A DNA stretch of 64,000 bases from Escherichia coli (GTDB taxonomy: Bacteria; Pseudomonadota; Gammaproteobacteria; Enterobacterales; Enterobacteriaceae), in assembly GCF_002854065.1 (NCBI RefSeq), contig NZ_CP024147.1. One strand, written 5' to 3'. The notes under the pieces are model-generated. The model saw nothing but the letters and a program-made list of their open reading frames with translations. It ran no database searches and had not been told where the DNA came from. Position numbers and translations under genes: made by a program. Positions within the stretch are counted from its first letter, which is position 1; each line of letters begins with the position of its first letter. Positions 43,186-54,077 of the stretch are shown here, piece after piece.

Positions 43186-43617
43186 ATGACAATCCATAAG
43201 AAAGGTCAGGCACACTGGGAAGGCGATATCAAACGCGGGAAGGGAACAGTATCCACCGAGAGTGGCGTGCTGAACCAACAGCCGTATGGATTTAACACGC
43301 GTTTTGAAGGCGAAAAAGGAACCAACCCTGAAGAACTGATTGGCGCAGCGCATGCCGCATGTTTCTCAATGGCGCTTTCATTAATGCTGGGGGAAGCGGG
43401 ATTCACGCCAACATCGATTGATACCATCGCCGATGTGTCGCTGGATAAAGTGGATGCCGGTTTTGCGATTACGAAAATCGCACTGAAGAGTGAAGTTGCG
43501 GTGCCGGGTATTGATGCCTCTACCTTTGACGGCATCATCCAGAAAGCAAAAGCAGGATGCCCGGTCTCTCAGGTACTGAAAGCGGAAATTACGCTGGATT
43601 ACCAGTTGAAATCGTAA
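43186..43617 (+). CDS. osmC: osmotically inducible peroxiredoxin OsmC
   Basis: 143 aa; OsmC/Ohr fold with the two conserved Cys (AACFSMAL, GCPVSQ). Confidence 0.9.
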   Translation: MTIHKKGQAHWEGDIKRGKGTVSTESGVLNQQPYGFNTRFEGEKGTNPEELIGAAHAACFSMALSLMLGEAGFTPTSIDTIADVSLDKVDAGFAITKIALKSEVAVPGIDASTFDGIIQKAKAGCPVSQVLKAEITLDYQLKS

Positions 43618-43632
43618 AGCGTTGCAGGATGA

Positions 43633-43660
43633 CGCGTCAGGCGCGTGAATGCCTGATGCG
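43633..43660. repeat. REP-like palindrome / terminator between osmC and ddpF
   Basis: CGCGTCAGGC-gcgtgaat-GCCTGATGCG. Confidence 0.4.
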
Positions 43661-43672
43661 TTGTTAGCATCT

Positions 43673-44599
43673 CTACAGCGCCCGCCAGCACCGGAGCTCA
43701 CGTCCGTCCTCCCTTATTGCTAATGATTGCCGGACTTCGCATCCGCTGGTTGCAAGGGGGCAACGTTCGCGGAAAAAACAGCCTTGCGGCAACGTGCGGT
43801 TTCCCGGCAGTTCCGTTTTACGTAATGCCCATTCTTCCTCCAGCGGTTTATCAATGGCGGGGAGGGAGTCCAGCAATAATCGGGTGTACGGATGTGCCGG
43901 AGCCGTCAGTACCTGTTGCGCGTCGCCCAGTTCTACAATCTGCCCGAGATACATCACCGCTACCCGATCGCTCATATGACGAATCACCGAGACATTGTGT
44001 GAGATCAGCACATAGGTCAGCCTGCGATTTACCTGTAGCGTTATCAGTAAATTGAGGATCTGCGCCTGCACGGAGATATCCAGCGCCGAGGTTGGCTCAT
44101 CAAGCACAATCACGTCAGGCTGCGAAGAGAGTGCTCTGGCAATGGCGATGCGTTGCCGCTGCCCGCCGGAGAACGCATGAGGCAGGCGGTCGAGATACTC
44201 CGGACGAATACCCACCTGCACAGCCAGCTCCTCTGCCAACGCTCGCCGCTGTTGTTCACTACTACGCTTAGCTATCCAGAGCGGTTCTGTGATGATGCGC
44301 CACACCGGTAAGCGCGGATTGAGCGAAGAGAGCGGGTCCTGAAACACCATCTGCATAATGCGTTGTGAGCCAGAACGGATGTACTGCCCGTGGCTCGGTT
44401 GCAGCATACCCATTAAAAGCTGTGCGAGGGTGCTTTTGCCGCAGCCTGACTCGCCGACGATCCCTAAGGTTTCACCACGGCGGATCTGTAAATCAATACC
44501 ATTAATGGCATGAACATGTTCCGTAGTTTTACCAAGCCAGTTTTTACGGGCCGGGAAATTGATATGGACGTCGCGTAACGTTAATAACGTGTCAGACAC
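43673..44599 (-). CDS. ddpF: D,D-dipeptide ABC transporter ATPase
   Basis: 308 aa; Walker A GESGCGKST. Confidence 0.9.
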   Translation of the reverse strand: MSDTLLTLRDVHINFPARKNWLGKTTEHVHAINGIDLQIRRGETLGIVGESGCGKSTLAQLLMGMLQPSHGQYIRSGSQRIMQMVFQDPLSSLNPRLPVWRIITEPLWIAKRSSEQQRRALAEELAVQVGIRPEYLDRLPHAFSGGQRQRIAIARALSSQPDVIVLDEPTSALDISVQAQILNLLITLQVNRRLTYVLISHNVSVIRHMSDRVAVMYLGQIVELGDAQQVLTAPAHPYTRLLLDSLPAIDKPLEEEWALRKTELPGNRTLPQGCFFRERCPLATSGCEVRQSLAIREDGRELRCWRAL

Positions 44600-45578
44600 T
44601 TATGACCTCCTGCTGCGGATACCAACAGGCGCAGCGCTGGTTGTTGTCACCACACGCTGTCAGCGCCGGGACGTTTTCACACTGTGCACCTGCCGCATAG
44701 CAACGATCGCGAAAAGCGCAGCCGTCAGGCAAATGGGTGAGGTTTGGTACCGTCCCTGGAATGGCGGGTAATGGCTGGCGTGGTACTCCATGTTCTGGTG
44801 CGCATTGCAGCAAACCAATGGTATACGGATGCCGGGGATGATGGATAACGTCTGCCGTCACGCCGCTTTCAATTACGCTTCCGGCATACATCACGTAAAC
44901 GCTATCGCACAGTTGCGACACCACGGCCATATCATGGCTGATGAACAGTACCGCAGTTCCACTAGCGCGGGCTTTATGTTTAAGCAAACGCAGTACCTGC
45001 AACTGTACCGTGACGTCCAGCGCCGTAGTCGGTTCGTCGGCAATAATCAATTGCGGCTCGCAGGAGAATGCCAGCGCAATCATTACCCGCTGGCGCATAC
45101 CACCTGAAAGCTCAAACGGATAGCGCGACATAACTTCCACGGCATCCGGGATTTGCATCTCTTCCAGCAGGGCAATCGCTTTAGCTCTGGCTTCCCGACG
45201 ACTTATTGGTTGATGATGGCGGATCACGTCCATCATCTGAAGACCTATTCGACGTGTCGGATTGAGGGCGGTCATCGGTTCCTGAAAGATCATCGCCACT
45301 CGTGCGCCGCGCCACTGACGAAGCTGTTTTTCCCGAGCGTTAAGAACATCGTCTCCCAGCAGTGAAATCTGCCCCCGATGTACGCAATAACTGCCCGTCG
45401 GTAGCAGACGCATAATCAGCATTGCGGTGACTGATTTACCTGAGCCGGATTCTCCCACCAGACCGACAATTTCACCGCGGTTAATCTGCAAGGACACATT
45501 GTTGAGCGCGTGTACATCACCGTTAAAACCGGGGAAACTCAAATGCAGTTGTTGAATGTCCAGAACGGGTTGGGTCAT
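44592..45578 (-). CDS. ddpD: D,D-dipeptide ABC transporter ATPase
   Basis: 328 aa; Walker A GESGSGKS; overlaps ddpF and ddpC. Confidence 0.9.
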   Translation of the reverse strand: MTQPVLDIQQLHLSFPGFNGDVHALNNVSLQINRGEIVGLVGESGSGKSVTAMLIMRLLPTGSYCVHRGQISLLGDDVLNAREKQLRQWRGARVAMIFQEPMTALNPTRRIGLQMMDVIRHHQPISRREARAKAIALLEEMQIPDAVEVMSRYPFELSGGMRQRVMIALAFSCEPQLIIADEPTTALDVTVQLQVLRLLKHKARASGTAVLFISHDMAVVSQLCDSVYVMYAGSVIESGVTADVIHHPRHPYTIGLLQCAPEHGVPRQPLPAIPGTVPNLTHLPDGCAFRDRCYAAGAQCENVPALTACGDNNQRCACWYPQQEVISV

Positions 45579-46471
45579 GACTGCTTTCCTCCTGCTTTCG
45601 GGTCAAGCAGATCGCGAATACCATCACCAAAGAGATTAAACCCGACGGCGGTAAGCAAAATCGCTGTCCCCGGAAATGCGCAATACCACCACTGATCGAG
45701 TACATAGTTGCGACCATTCGCTACCATCGCGCCCCATTCAGCACTCGGTTGTTGAGCACCCAGGCCAATAAATCCCAACGTGGCGGCCATTAAAATCGCG
45801 CTACCGATATCCAGCGATGCCTGCACGATCAGCGACGGCAGGGAGTTACGTAAAATATGCCAGTTGATCAGATGCCAACGCGACGCGCCAAAGGTTTTCG
45901 CCGCCTGAACATAGGTATACTGGCGTACAACTAATGCTTGCCCCCGCGCCAGGCGCACATAAAAGGGAATTCGCACAATAGCAATCGCCAGCATGGCGTT
46001 AAATAAACTCGGCCCGAGAGCGGCAGCCAGTGCCATTGTCAGTACCAACGAAGGAATCGACAGCATAATGTCCATGATGCGCATGATGATGGCGTCTGCG
46101 CGTCCGCCAAGCACACCGGATAGACATCCGAGTAGCGAACCAATCATACCCGCAATGGCGACCACCACTAATCCGGCGAGAATTGATTGCTGACTGCCGA
46201 CCAGTACGCGGCTGAACAGATCGCGTCCCACTTCATCGGTGCCAAACCAGTGCGCCGCAGAAGGCGGCAAAAGGCGGGCGGTTAAATCAATGGCGTTGGG
46301 ATCATGCGTCGCAAGCCACGGTGAAAAAATCATCATCAATAGCATTAATACAATGATGACTGCGCCGGTCACGGTGAGCGGACTGCCTTTCAGCATCCAT
46401 ACCAGTTTTGCACCGTTAAATCGCGTTTGTTTTTGTGGGCGTACGGCGGACGTTTCCTCGCTTAGCATCAT
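45575..46471 (-). CDS. ddpC: D,D-dipeptide ABC transporter permease
   Basis: 298 aa membrane permease. Confidence 0.9.
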   Translation of the reverse strand: MMLSEETSAVRPQKQTRFNGAKLVWMLKGSPLTVTGAVIIVLMLLMMIFSPWLATHDPNAIDLTARLLPPSAAHWFGTDEVGRDLFSRVLVGSQQSILAGLVVVAIAGMIGSLLGCLSGVLGGRADAIIMRIMDIMLSIPSLVLTMALAAALGPSLFNAMLAIAIVRIPFYVRLARGQALVVRQYTYVQAAKTFGASRWHLINWHILRNSLPSLIVQASLDIGSAILMAATLGFIGLGAQQPSAEWGAMVANGRNYVLDQWWYCAFPGTAILLTAVGFNLFGDGIRDLLDPKAGGKQS

Positions 46472-47490
46472 TCACCACCTCCACGTCCGATACGCGGATC
46501 AATCCACAAATAGAGCAAATCCACCACCAGGTTGACCAGCACATAAGCAAATGAAACCACGACGGCAAAGCCCATCACTGCCGGGAAGTCGAGCGCCTGT
46601 ATTGATGTTACTACCCATGCCCCCATTCCGGGCCAGGCAAAAACGGTTTCGGTGAGCACTGCGCCATACAACAAATCGCCCAGCGCCAGACCCAATACGG
46701 TAATCGATGGGATCAACGCATTGGGTAGCGCATAACATAAAACGATATACCAGCCGGGCAAGCCGCTGGCCCGGGCGGTACGAATGTAGTCTTCACTCAA
46801 TTGTTCCAGCATCGCTGAGCGGATCTGGCGAGCGACAATTCCCAGGTGAACGAACGCCAGCGTTAATGCCGGTAAGATGAGATGTTGCAACGCATTGAAG
46901 AAGACTTCACTGTTGCCTTCAAGCAACGCATCGAGCAGATAAAAGCCGGTAACGTGCGTTGGTGGATCCAGCCAGTCATCAAGCCTTCCGCCGCCGGGAA
47001 GTATTTGCAGATGACCATAAAACAGCACAATGACGCCCAGCCCAAGCCAGAACGCAGGTGTGGAGATTCCGGTAATGGCCATTATTCGCACCAGATGATC
47101 CAGCCAGCGATTTCGCCAGACTGCAGAGAGTATGCCCAGCGGGATGCCAATCAAGAGTGCCAGCAGCAGGACACAAAAAGCCAGCTCCAGCGTCGCCGGG
47201 AAAAATATACGCAACTCTTCCAGCACCGGACGCCCGGTACGAATGGATGTCCCCAGGTCACCATGAAACAGATCGCTGACGTAGCGGTAAAACTGTACGT
47301 ACAGTGGCTGGTCCAGCCCCAGTTGCTGGCGAATATTTTCCACGATAGCATCGCTGGCGCGGTCACCTGCCAATAACCGCGCCGGATCGCCGGGGATCAG
47401 ATGCGAGATAATAAACGTAATCACACAGACCCCCGCCATCACGAGCACCAGCCCCCAACAGCGTTGGCGTAAAATACTCCAGAAGGTCAC
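46468..47490 (-). CDS. ddpB: D,D-dipeptide ABC transporter permease
   Basis: 340 aa membrane permease. Confidence 0.9.
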   Translation of the reverse strand: MTFWSILRQRCWGLVLVMAGVCVITFIISHLIPGDPARLLAGDRASDAIVENIRQQLGLDQPLYVQFYRYVSDLFHGDLGTSIRTGRPVLEELRIFFPATLELAFCVLLLALLIGIPLGILSAVWRNRWLDHLVRIMAITGISTPAFWLGLGVIVLFYGHLQILPGGGRLDDWLDPPTHVTGFYLLDALLEGNSEVFFNALQHLILPALTLAFVHLGIVARQIRSAMLEQLSEDYIRTARASGLPGWYIVLCYALPNALIPSITVLGLALGDLLYGAVLTETVFAWPGMGAWVVTSIQALDFPAVMGFAVVVSFAYVLVNLVVDLLYLWIDPRIGRGGGE

Positions 47491-47491
47491 G

Positions 47492-49042
47492 TTATTTACT
47501 CATGGTATTGATATTGAAGACCTGTTCCAGCATGGGATTGAACACAAAGCCTTTCACCTCTTTGTTCATCGCCAGTTGGTAGTTTTTCTGGAACAGGTAC
47601 ACATAAGCAGCGTCATCAATGACGATTTTCTGTGCCTGCTGGTAGTTCCGGGTACGCTGCGTCTGGTCGGTGGTCGCGAGCGCATTGCGCAGTAACTTAT
47701 CAACCTCACTGTTTTCATAGAACGAGCGGTTACCCGGCAGACCTTTTTTGTCGGACTCAAACCAGTAATTCATAAACATATACGGGTCGGCAAAATCCGG
47801 ACTCCAGTTGCCAATCGCAATGTCGTAATCACCTTTACCCACTCTGTCGCGCATGGTGGCGTTCGCCAGCTTTTCCAGCTTCACATTGATGCCCAGCTTG
47901 TTGAGACTGGATTGTGTCGCTAGAGCAATAGGCTCCCAGTTCGGATCATTATCAGAATAGAGAAACGTCAGGCTGGTGGGTTTGCTCTTCACTTTATCCC
48001 ATTCGGCTTTGGCTTTCGTTTCGTCATGGTTGTATTGCATTGCCGTCGCATCGTAGCCCCACATGCCTTCCGGAATCGGGCCGCGCATTTGTTTTCCGTT
48101 ACCACTCAGAATGCCGTTAACCATGCCCTGATAATCGGTAGACCAGGAAATGGCCCGCCGCAGCTCCGCCTGATTAAGTGGCGCTTTGCTGTTATTCAGA
48201 TACAGATAGGTGACGCGCAGTGACGGATACTCTGCCACATTGACTTTATTTTCCTACTTCAGGGCGTTGAGTTGATCCACCGGCAGCGCATCGGCAATGT
48301 CAATGTCGCCACGGGAGAGCTGCAGGCGACGGGAGGCACTTTCACCGATAATTTTTACCGATACTCGCTTAAAGTTCGGTTTATTGCCGGGGTAATGCGG
48401 ATTTGGCACCAGAACTAATTGCTGACCTTTTTGCCAGCTTTTCAGCATAAATGGTCCGGAACCGGCGGTATTTTGCGCGAGGAAGCCGCGGGCATCATCC
48501 GCCGCATGTTCCTTTAACACCGCCGGATTGATAATGGATGCACCGTCATTCGCCAGCGTGTAGAGGAACGGTGCGAATGGTTGGCTAAGGGTAAACTTCA
48601 CCGTATGTTCGTCGGGAGCATCAATCTTTAAATCTTTGGGAAATGCTTCTGCTGGCCCCTGGCCGATTTTTAGTAGCCGCTCAAAAGAAAGTTTTACTGC
48701 TTCGGCAGTGACAGGTGTGCCATCGGCAAATTTAGCATTATCTTTCAGGGTGAACGTCCACTCTTTTTGATCGTCAGACGCTTTCCAGCTACTTGCCAGA
48801 TCGCCTTCAACGTCGGTTGAGCCTTTATCACCGTCCGTTTTGTACTGAACCAGTCGCTGATAAGACGGGTAGGTCACCGTCCAGTCGTTATTATCTATTG
48901 TTACCGCCGGGTCGAGGGTTTGTGGATCGGCGGCCTTACCAATCACCAGCATATCTTTCGGTACGGCGGCGTGCGCAACCGGGAAAGTTGTGGCAAGGAC
49001 GAGCGCGAGCAATGTGGGACGAAACGATATCGATCTCTTCAT
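47492..49042 (-). pseudogene. ddpA: D,D-dipeptide periplasmic binding protein gene with an in-frame amber (TAG) codon at 48254..48256
   Basis: ORFs 48254..49180 (signal peptide MKRSISFRPTLLALVLATTFPVAHA) and 47492..48238 are in the same frame: ...PVDQLNALK-TAG-ENKVNVAEYPSLRV...; 517 codons in total. Confidence 0.8.
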
Positions 49043-49055
49043 GACAGTTTCCTGA

Positions 49056-49637
49056 TTAACTGACGTGCTGTGTGCCAGGGGATATAAAACAAGAGAATTG
49101 ATCAGCGAGCAGTGGGTAACTCGCTGCCTGGGGTAATTCGAAGTGCCACCATTCGCTGGAGATACCGACAAAACCGCCACCAGTCATAATCGCATTCAGC
49201 AACAGCCGATTGCGCTGAGCGGCGGGCGGGACGGAAGGATGGTAAGCATGGGAGCGCTCGTGCATTTCATCGAACCCTGCGCCCATATCGAGGATGTTCC
49301 CGTGCTCATCACGAAGCGTCAGGTCGATCGCCGTGCCACGGCTGTGATTAGAACCGACCGTCACATCAACAACATATTGCGGGTCTGGGCAGGCTTGCCA
49401 CAACATCGCCTGCGCTTGTTGTGGGCGATACGCATCGTAAATCACCAGTTGTAAGCCTGAGAGCTGGGCGATACTGATACTTTTCGCCAGCGCGGTAATC
49501 GCATCCTTGTGTAACAGACAACGCGCTTGCTGATAAATAGCTTTACCTGTGATGTTATCAGCGCAGGCGTATTTCAATTCGATCTCCAGATCAGGGAAGA
49601 TTACGGCTAAATCAACCAGTTCGGTGGTATCCGACAT
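49056..49637 (-). CDS. ddpX: D-Ala-D-Ala dipeptidase (VanX homolog)
   Basis: 193 aa; VanX-type Zn motifs (SNHSRGTAIDLT; WWHFE). Confidence 0.9.
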   Translation of the reverse strand: MSDTTELVDLAVIFPDLEIELKYACADNITGKAIYQQARCLLHKDAITALAKSISIAQLSGLQLVIYDAYRPQQAQAMLWQACPDPQYVVDVTVGSNHSRGTAIDLTLRDEHGNILDMGAGFDEMHERSHAYHPSVPPAAQRNRLLLNAIMTGGGFVGISSEWWHFELPQAASYPLLADQFSCFISPGTQHVS

Positions 49638-49861
49638 AAACGGTTCCTGTATAAGACAAAAATTGCTGCGCTTTCCGCTTATGCAGATCTCATGCCATGC
49701 CGGGATAAGCGCCAGAATGCTGGCTTAAAGTTATATTTTTTAACTTTTGATCAACATTTGTGCAGCGTAGTGCAGTTTTGGTGCAAGAGGGGAAGTTAAG
49801 GAAGGAATCTCCCGGAATCGTAGCTGAAATCACAGTATTTAAGTGACAGTGTCACGTTAAA

Positions 49862-49881
49862 TGAAAACCCGCGAGTGCGGG
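49862..49881 (-). terminator. rho-independent terminator of dosCP
   Basis: CCCGCACTCGCGGG stem followed by TTTTCATTT on the minus strand, just after the dosP stop. Confidence 0.5.
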
Positions 49882-49894
49882 CGAGAGGAATTTG

Positions 49895-52294
49895 TCAGAT
49901 TTTCAGCGGTAACACGCTGCTCATCCAGCCTGGAATTTCTTCGGCGGGCAGGGGGCGGGAAAAGAAATATCCCTGAATAACGCGACAGTGGATCTTGCGT
50001 AGCATCTCAAATTGCTCTTTGGTTTCGACGCCTTCCGCCACGACGGTTAAATTGAGGCTTTGCCCAATGCTGGTAATGGCTTCAAGTAAGGCAAGGATGC
50101 GTTTTTCCGTCAGACAACGATCGACAAAACTTTTGTCAATTTTGATTTCCGTTACCGGAAGACTGACTAAGCGGGATAATCCGGAAAAGCCCGTGCCAAA
50201 ATCATCTACCGATAAACCCACGCCCATATCACGCAGGATCTGAATGCGCTTAAAGATTTCGGTATCGTGTTCCATCATCATGCTTTCCGTGATTTCCACC
50301 GTCAGCTGGTGGCCGTCAATACCCCAGGCTTGCATTGCATCAGACACCTGATTAGGCAGTTGATTACTGCGAAAGTGCAGCGCCGACAAGTTCACGGATA
50401 ACGCCGGGATATGAATATTCTGGCTACGCCATTCTGCTAACTGACGGCAAGCTTCCGCGATGACCCTGCGCCCAATATTTTCGATTTCACCAATCTCTTC
50501 TGCGAGAGGAATAAACCGTGAAGGGGGCACATGACCATGCTGGGGATCGTGCCAGCGAGCAAGGGCTTCGATGCCGTACAGTTCACCCGTTTCTGCGAAG
50601 ATTTGCGGCTGGTAAACCAGTTTCAGTTGGTTATTGCTAATCGCTTCTTTCAGCGCTGCGCCTAAAACCAAACGCTCTTTTACCATTTCGTTCATCGCCG
50701 GGCTGAAGAACTGCCAGCCGTTACCGCCATTCTTGCGAATATAATCCATTGCATTGTGAGCAGTGGAGAGCAGGTAATCGCGGTTTTTACCCACGTCGTA
50801 GCTGATGCCAATACTCAAGGTAAGCGGGAAGGGTTTATCGTCAATCATTATCGGCTTGCTGACCACATTCCGTAGCTCATCGGCGATTTGGGTAATGTTA
50901 CTGACGTCGTTTTCCAGGCTCACGAGGACAAACTGCGTACCTTCGATACGACAGAGATACTGATCCGGTTTGAGTTTTTCACGAAAGCGATTGACCACTT
51001 CCAGCAATGCCTGATCGGCCCACGCATAGCCAAGGCTATCAATCACATCCTGAATATGGTCAACACCGATGAGATACACCACCGGAGAGACGGCTTTGTC
51101 GACCAGGTCATCGAGGTAATTGTGCAGGTTATTGCGATTTGGCAGACCGGTCATCGGATCAAATTGGATGAGTTGTTCAATATGCTGACGGCTTTTTTCC
51201 TGTTCCAGCGCCAGCGCGGCCATATGCTGGCTGATATCTGCCACGCGTTCGATAAAGGCGCTGGTTTCTGCTCCTGACGAGGTTTTAATTTGCAGGATCC
51301 CCGCAGGCGCACCATCACGCTGACGAATGGTCGCTGACCAGCTTTGCGCATTTTGAACTTCTGCACCGTGCGAAGATGACGCCCAGTGTATCGGCATCCC
51401 GTTGCGCAGTGCGAACAGCGAAACATGCGATTCGTTGAGAACAGATTCGATATTACGACAAATGATTTCCCCCATTTCATGAAATGGCGGGCTGCTGCAC
51501 ATGGCGGCGAGAATATTGCCTTCAAGCTGGCGGATCTGCCGTTCTTCGGTGATATCCGAGAAAGTCATTACCAGGTTCTGCAGATGCGCGAGCACGTCAT
51601 AAACCGGGCTGATAGAGGCTTTAATCCAGATTTTTTCACCGGTGCGCGTCAACAGCAGAAATTCGTCCTGATCGCGGGCGGTTTTCCATAGCAACTGTTG
51701 TAAACGAATGCGGTTATCGGCAGGGAATTCAGGAATGTTCAGGAGTGTATCGGGCTGCATACCGCTGGCTTCGCTAATGCAGTAACCAAACATTTCGGTA
51801 AATGCGCGATTGCACTGCACAATATGGCGTTCCGGATCGAGGACAATCACCGGTCGGTCGAGATGGTCAACGGCAATAATCAATTGTCTGGTCTGTTCTT
51901 TTTGCGCCATTTCTACGCTGGCATCCCGTACCAGCGCCAGGTAATAAACTTTCCCCTCGGCGCTCACTTTCGATAGCGCAAAACGGGTCCAGATTTTACT
52001 GCCGTCTTTTTTCTCCAGCTGCAGCTCCCGACTCATCCCCTCAACACGCGCTTTACCGCCTTCACGGTTATGACGAATGTATTCAGGATGCGCAGGACGC
52101 AAATCCCGCGGAATCAGCATATCAATGTTATTGCCAATGACTTCTTCACGTTTGTATCCCCAGAGCTTCTCTGCGGCGGGGTTGAAAAACATCACTTCAT
52201 CATTTTCGTTAATTAACACCGCACCCATCATATTTTGCTCAAGGGCGGGGAAAAAAATGCCATCGGCGGCATTATCCGCATCGGTTAGCTTCAT
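49895..52294 (-). CDS. dosP: oxygen-sensing c-di-GMP phosphodiesterase (PAS-GGDEF-EAL)
   Basis: Start MKLTDADNAADGIFFPA; 799 aa; EAL motif region. Confidence 0.9.
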   Translation of the reverse strand: MKLTDADNAADGIFFPALEQNMMGAVLINENDEVMFFNPAAEKLWGYKREEVIGNNIDMLIPRDLRPAHPEYIRHNREGGKARVEGMSRELQLEKKDGSKIWTRFALSKVSAEGKVYYLALVRDASVEMAQKEQTRQLIIAVDHLDRPVIVLDPERHIVQCNRAFTEMFGYCISEASGMQPDTLLNIPEFPADNRIRLQQLLWKTARDQDEFLLLTRTGEKIWIKASISPVYDVLAHLQNLVMTFSDITEERQIRQLEGNILAAMCSSPPFHEMGEIICRNIESVLNESHVSLFALRNGMPIHWASSSHGAEVQNAQSWSATIRQRDGAPAGILQIKTSSGAETSAFIERVADISQHMAALALEQEKSRQHIEQLIQFDPMTGLPNRNNLHNYLDDLVDKAVSPVVYLIGVDHIQDVIDSLGYAWADQALLEVVNRFREKLKPDQYLCRIEGTQFVLVSLENDVSNITQIADELRNVVSKPIMIDDKPFPLTLSIGISYDVGKNRDYLLSTAHNAMDYIRKNGGNGWQFFSPAMNEMVKERLVLGAALKEAISNNQLKLVYQPQIFAETGELYGIEALARWHDPQHGHVPPSRFIPLAEEIGEIENIGRRVIAEACRQLAEWRSQNIHIPALSVNLSALHFRSNQLPNQVSDAMQAWGIDGHQLTVEITESMMMEHDTEIFKRIQILRDMGVGLSVDDFGTGFSGLSRLVSLPVTEIKIDKSFVDRCLTEKRILALLEAITSIGQSLNLTVVAEGVETKEQFEMLRKIHCRVIQGYFFSRPLPAEEIPGWMSSVLPLKI

Positions 52295-52318
52295 GATTAC
52301 CTCTGCATCCTGGCGCAT

Positions 52319-53701
52319 CTAAAGACTGGCTTTCCAGAGTTCAACACGGTTTCTACCTCGTCTTTTGGCGATATACAGAGCTTCATCGGCTATTTGAATG
52401 AGGCGCTCATAGTCAGGATGACCATTAAACATGGCGGCACCGATGGAAAGTGAGAGGGCAATATCTTCGCCGTTTGCGGCTTTCAGTTTGGTTTTCTCCA
52501 CCCGACTGCGAATACGTTCTGCGGTACGTAACGTTTCGTTTTCAGAAGCTTCAGTCAAAACAATGATAAATTCATCGCCCCCGTAGCGGAAAACATAATC
52601 ACTACTGCGGACGTTGTCATAAAAGGCCTGAGAGACTTTACGCAGAATTTCATCGCCAGTGTTATGGCCCCACGTATCGTTGATCTCTTTGAATTTATCA
52701 ACGTCAATAATCAGCACTGACAGCGGTGTACCGGTCCGGTTGGCATGGGCAATTTCGCGTTTGAAGATAGTCGGCAGGAAACGGCGGTTAAGTAATTTCG
52801 TCAGTACATCCATACCGACTTCGTGGCGCGATACTTCTTCAAACAATTCACGCAGCAAGGTAATAATTTGCGATACGGTATTTCTTATCTGTAATAAAAA
52901 TTTCACCCGCAGACTTCTGTTATTCAAATTCCTGGTGTTACGCATGGTTTGATTGAAAATACCGTCGAAATCCTGAATCAGACGGGAGATATGGCCTACT
53001 TCGGCAATGCCACTAAAATAATGTCGACCTTTATGGTTAAACCACAGGCCAAAATCAGCCTGGCTTAAAGGCAAACTACTGCCTAAATCAGAATCCAGCA
53101 GGATTTTATAGATGATATCTATTTCCCATGAAAGTATTGAGGCTATTTGCCGTTCTTTTTCTTCTTCGGCGTTTTCCAGTAACGAGAAGATACGATAGTT
53201 TTCATCTTCTTTTGAGGCACTACTGTCACTAAAGGTAAACGCGCGGGTCATCACTTCCATAGCGATATCAATACTGTTAATCGAGAAATGGTAGACCTGA
53301 AGTTTTTCTGCGGCAGAATAATCCGAAGAGAAGATTACCGGATAGAGGATCTTTTTCAGCACCCGAAACCCCATCTCGACAATTTCTACCGGAATTCCTA
53401 TGCGGGCATGCACTTCCGCGACGGTATGCTGGATTTGTATTAGCCTTTCGGCATCGTCAACCTGGGCAGAAAGCACGTTAATAATCCAGCGTTCCATCGC
53501 ACTTTTCAACTGCCGCTCAACTTGTTCATTACCCAAGAATTCTTCGGCATGCGGGTCGATGCGGACAATTCGATAAAACTCGATACTCAGATAATGAGCA
53601 TGCGCAACGGCAATTTCCGCGGCTTTAGCACGAATGGGCGGATCTGCCTGCTCGACAAGTCCGGTCCACTCATCTTTCATTCTTTTAAAATACATCTCCA
53701 T
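52319..53701 (-). CDS. dosC: oxygen-sensing diguanylate cyclase (globin-GGDEF)
   Basis: 460 aa; GGDEF active site (RYGGDEF). Confidence 0.9.
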   Translation of the reverse strand: MEMYFKRMKDEWTGLVEQADPPIRAKAAEIAVAHAHYLSIEFYRIVRIDPHAEEFLGNEQVERQLKSAMERWIINVLSAQVDDAERLIQIQHTVAEVHARIGIPVEIVEMGFRVLKKILYPVIFSSDYSAAEKLQVYHFSINSIDIAMEVMTRAFTFSDSSASKEDENYRIFSLLENAEEEKERQIASILSWEIDIIYKILLDSDLGSSLPLSQADFGLWFNHKGRHYFSGIAEVGHISRLIQDFDGIFNQTMRNTRNLNNRSLRVKFLLQIRNTVSQIITLLRELFEEVSRHEVGMDVLTKLLNRRFLPTIFKREIAHANRTGTPLSVLIIDVDKFKEINDTWGHNTGDEILRKVSQAFYDNVRSSDYVFRYGGDEFIIVLTEASENETLRTAERIRSRVEKTKLKAANGEDIALSLSIGAAMFNGHPDYERLIQIADEALYIAKRRGRNRVELWKASL

Positions 53702-54027
53702 AATTCACACCCTTATAAGGCTGGGAAATCAGACGGAATCAAAATGAAACGCAACGTGCGAGATCGACTAACTGCACCATATTCTCCTGAAATATGAAGA
53801 TATACTGAAAAGAAATAAGCGACTTAGGACAGTTTCAATCTACGCTACTGTTCTTCAGAAGAGTATAGCCCATCGTAATTATTTTTCGGTGACTGCGAAT
53901 ATCGTATGGTTTTTCATATTCATACATTTTTATTAGGGGGATTATGGCTGTTTAACTAAGTGTGGTTAATTGTGTGGTTAATTTGACTTATGTAAGCATG
54001 ATTACTAGTGGGATATTTCAAGAGGGT

Positions 54028-54062
54028 AACAAGCCAGTGGGTAAAGCACTGGCTTGTTACAA
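54028..54062 (-). terminator. hairpin downstream of yddW
   Basis: GTAACAAGCCAGTG-ggtaaag-CACTGGCTTGTTAC perfect palindrome 16 bp after the yddW stop; no strong U-tract. Confidence 0.4.
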
Positions 54063-54077
54063 AGTAAAAATGGGAGT

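Noticed and set aside
46882-47376. 164 aa plus-strand ORF inside ddpB
   Set aside because: Antisense to a conserved ABC permease gene; no independent support
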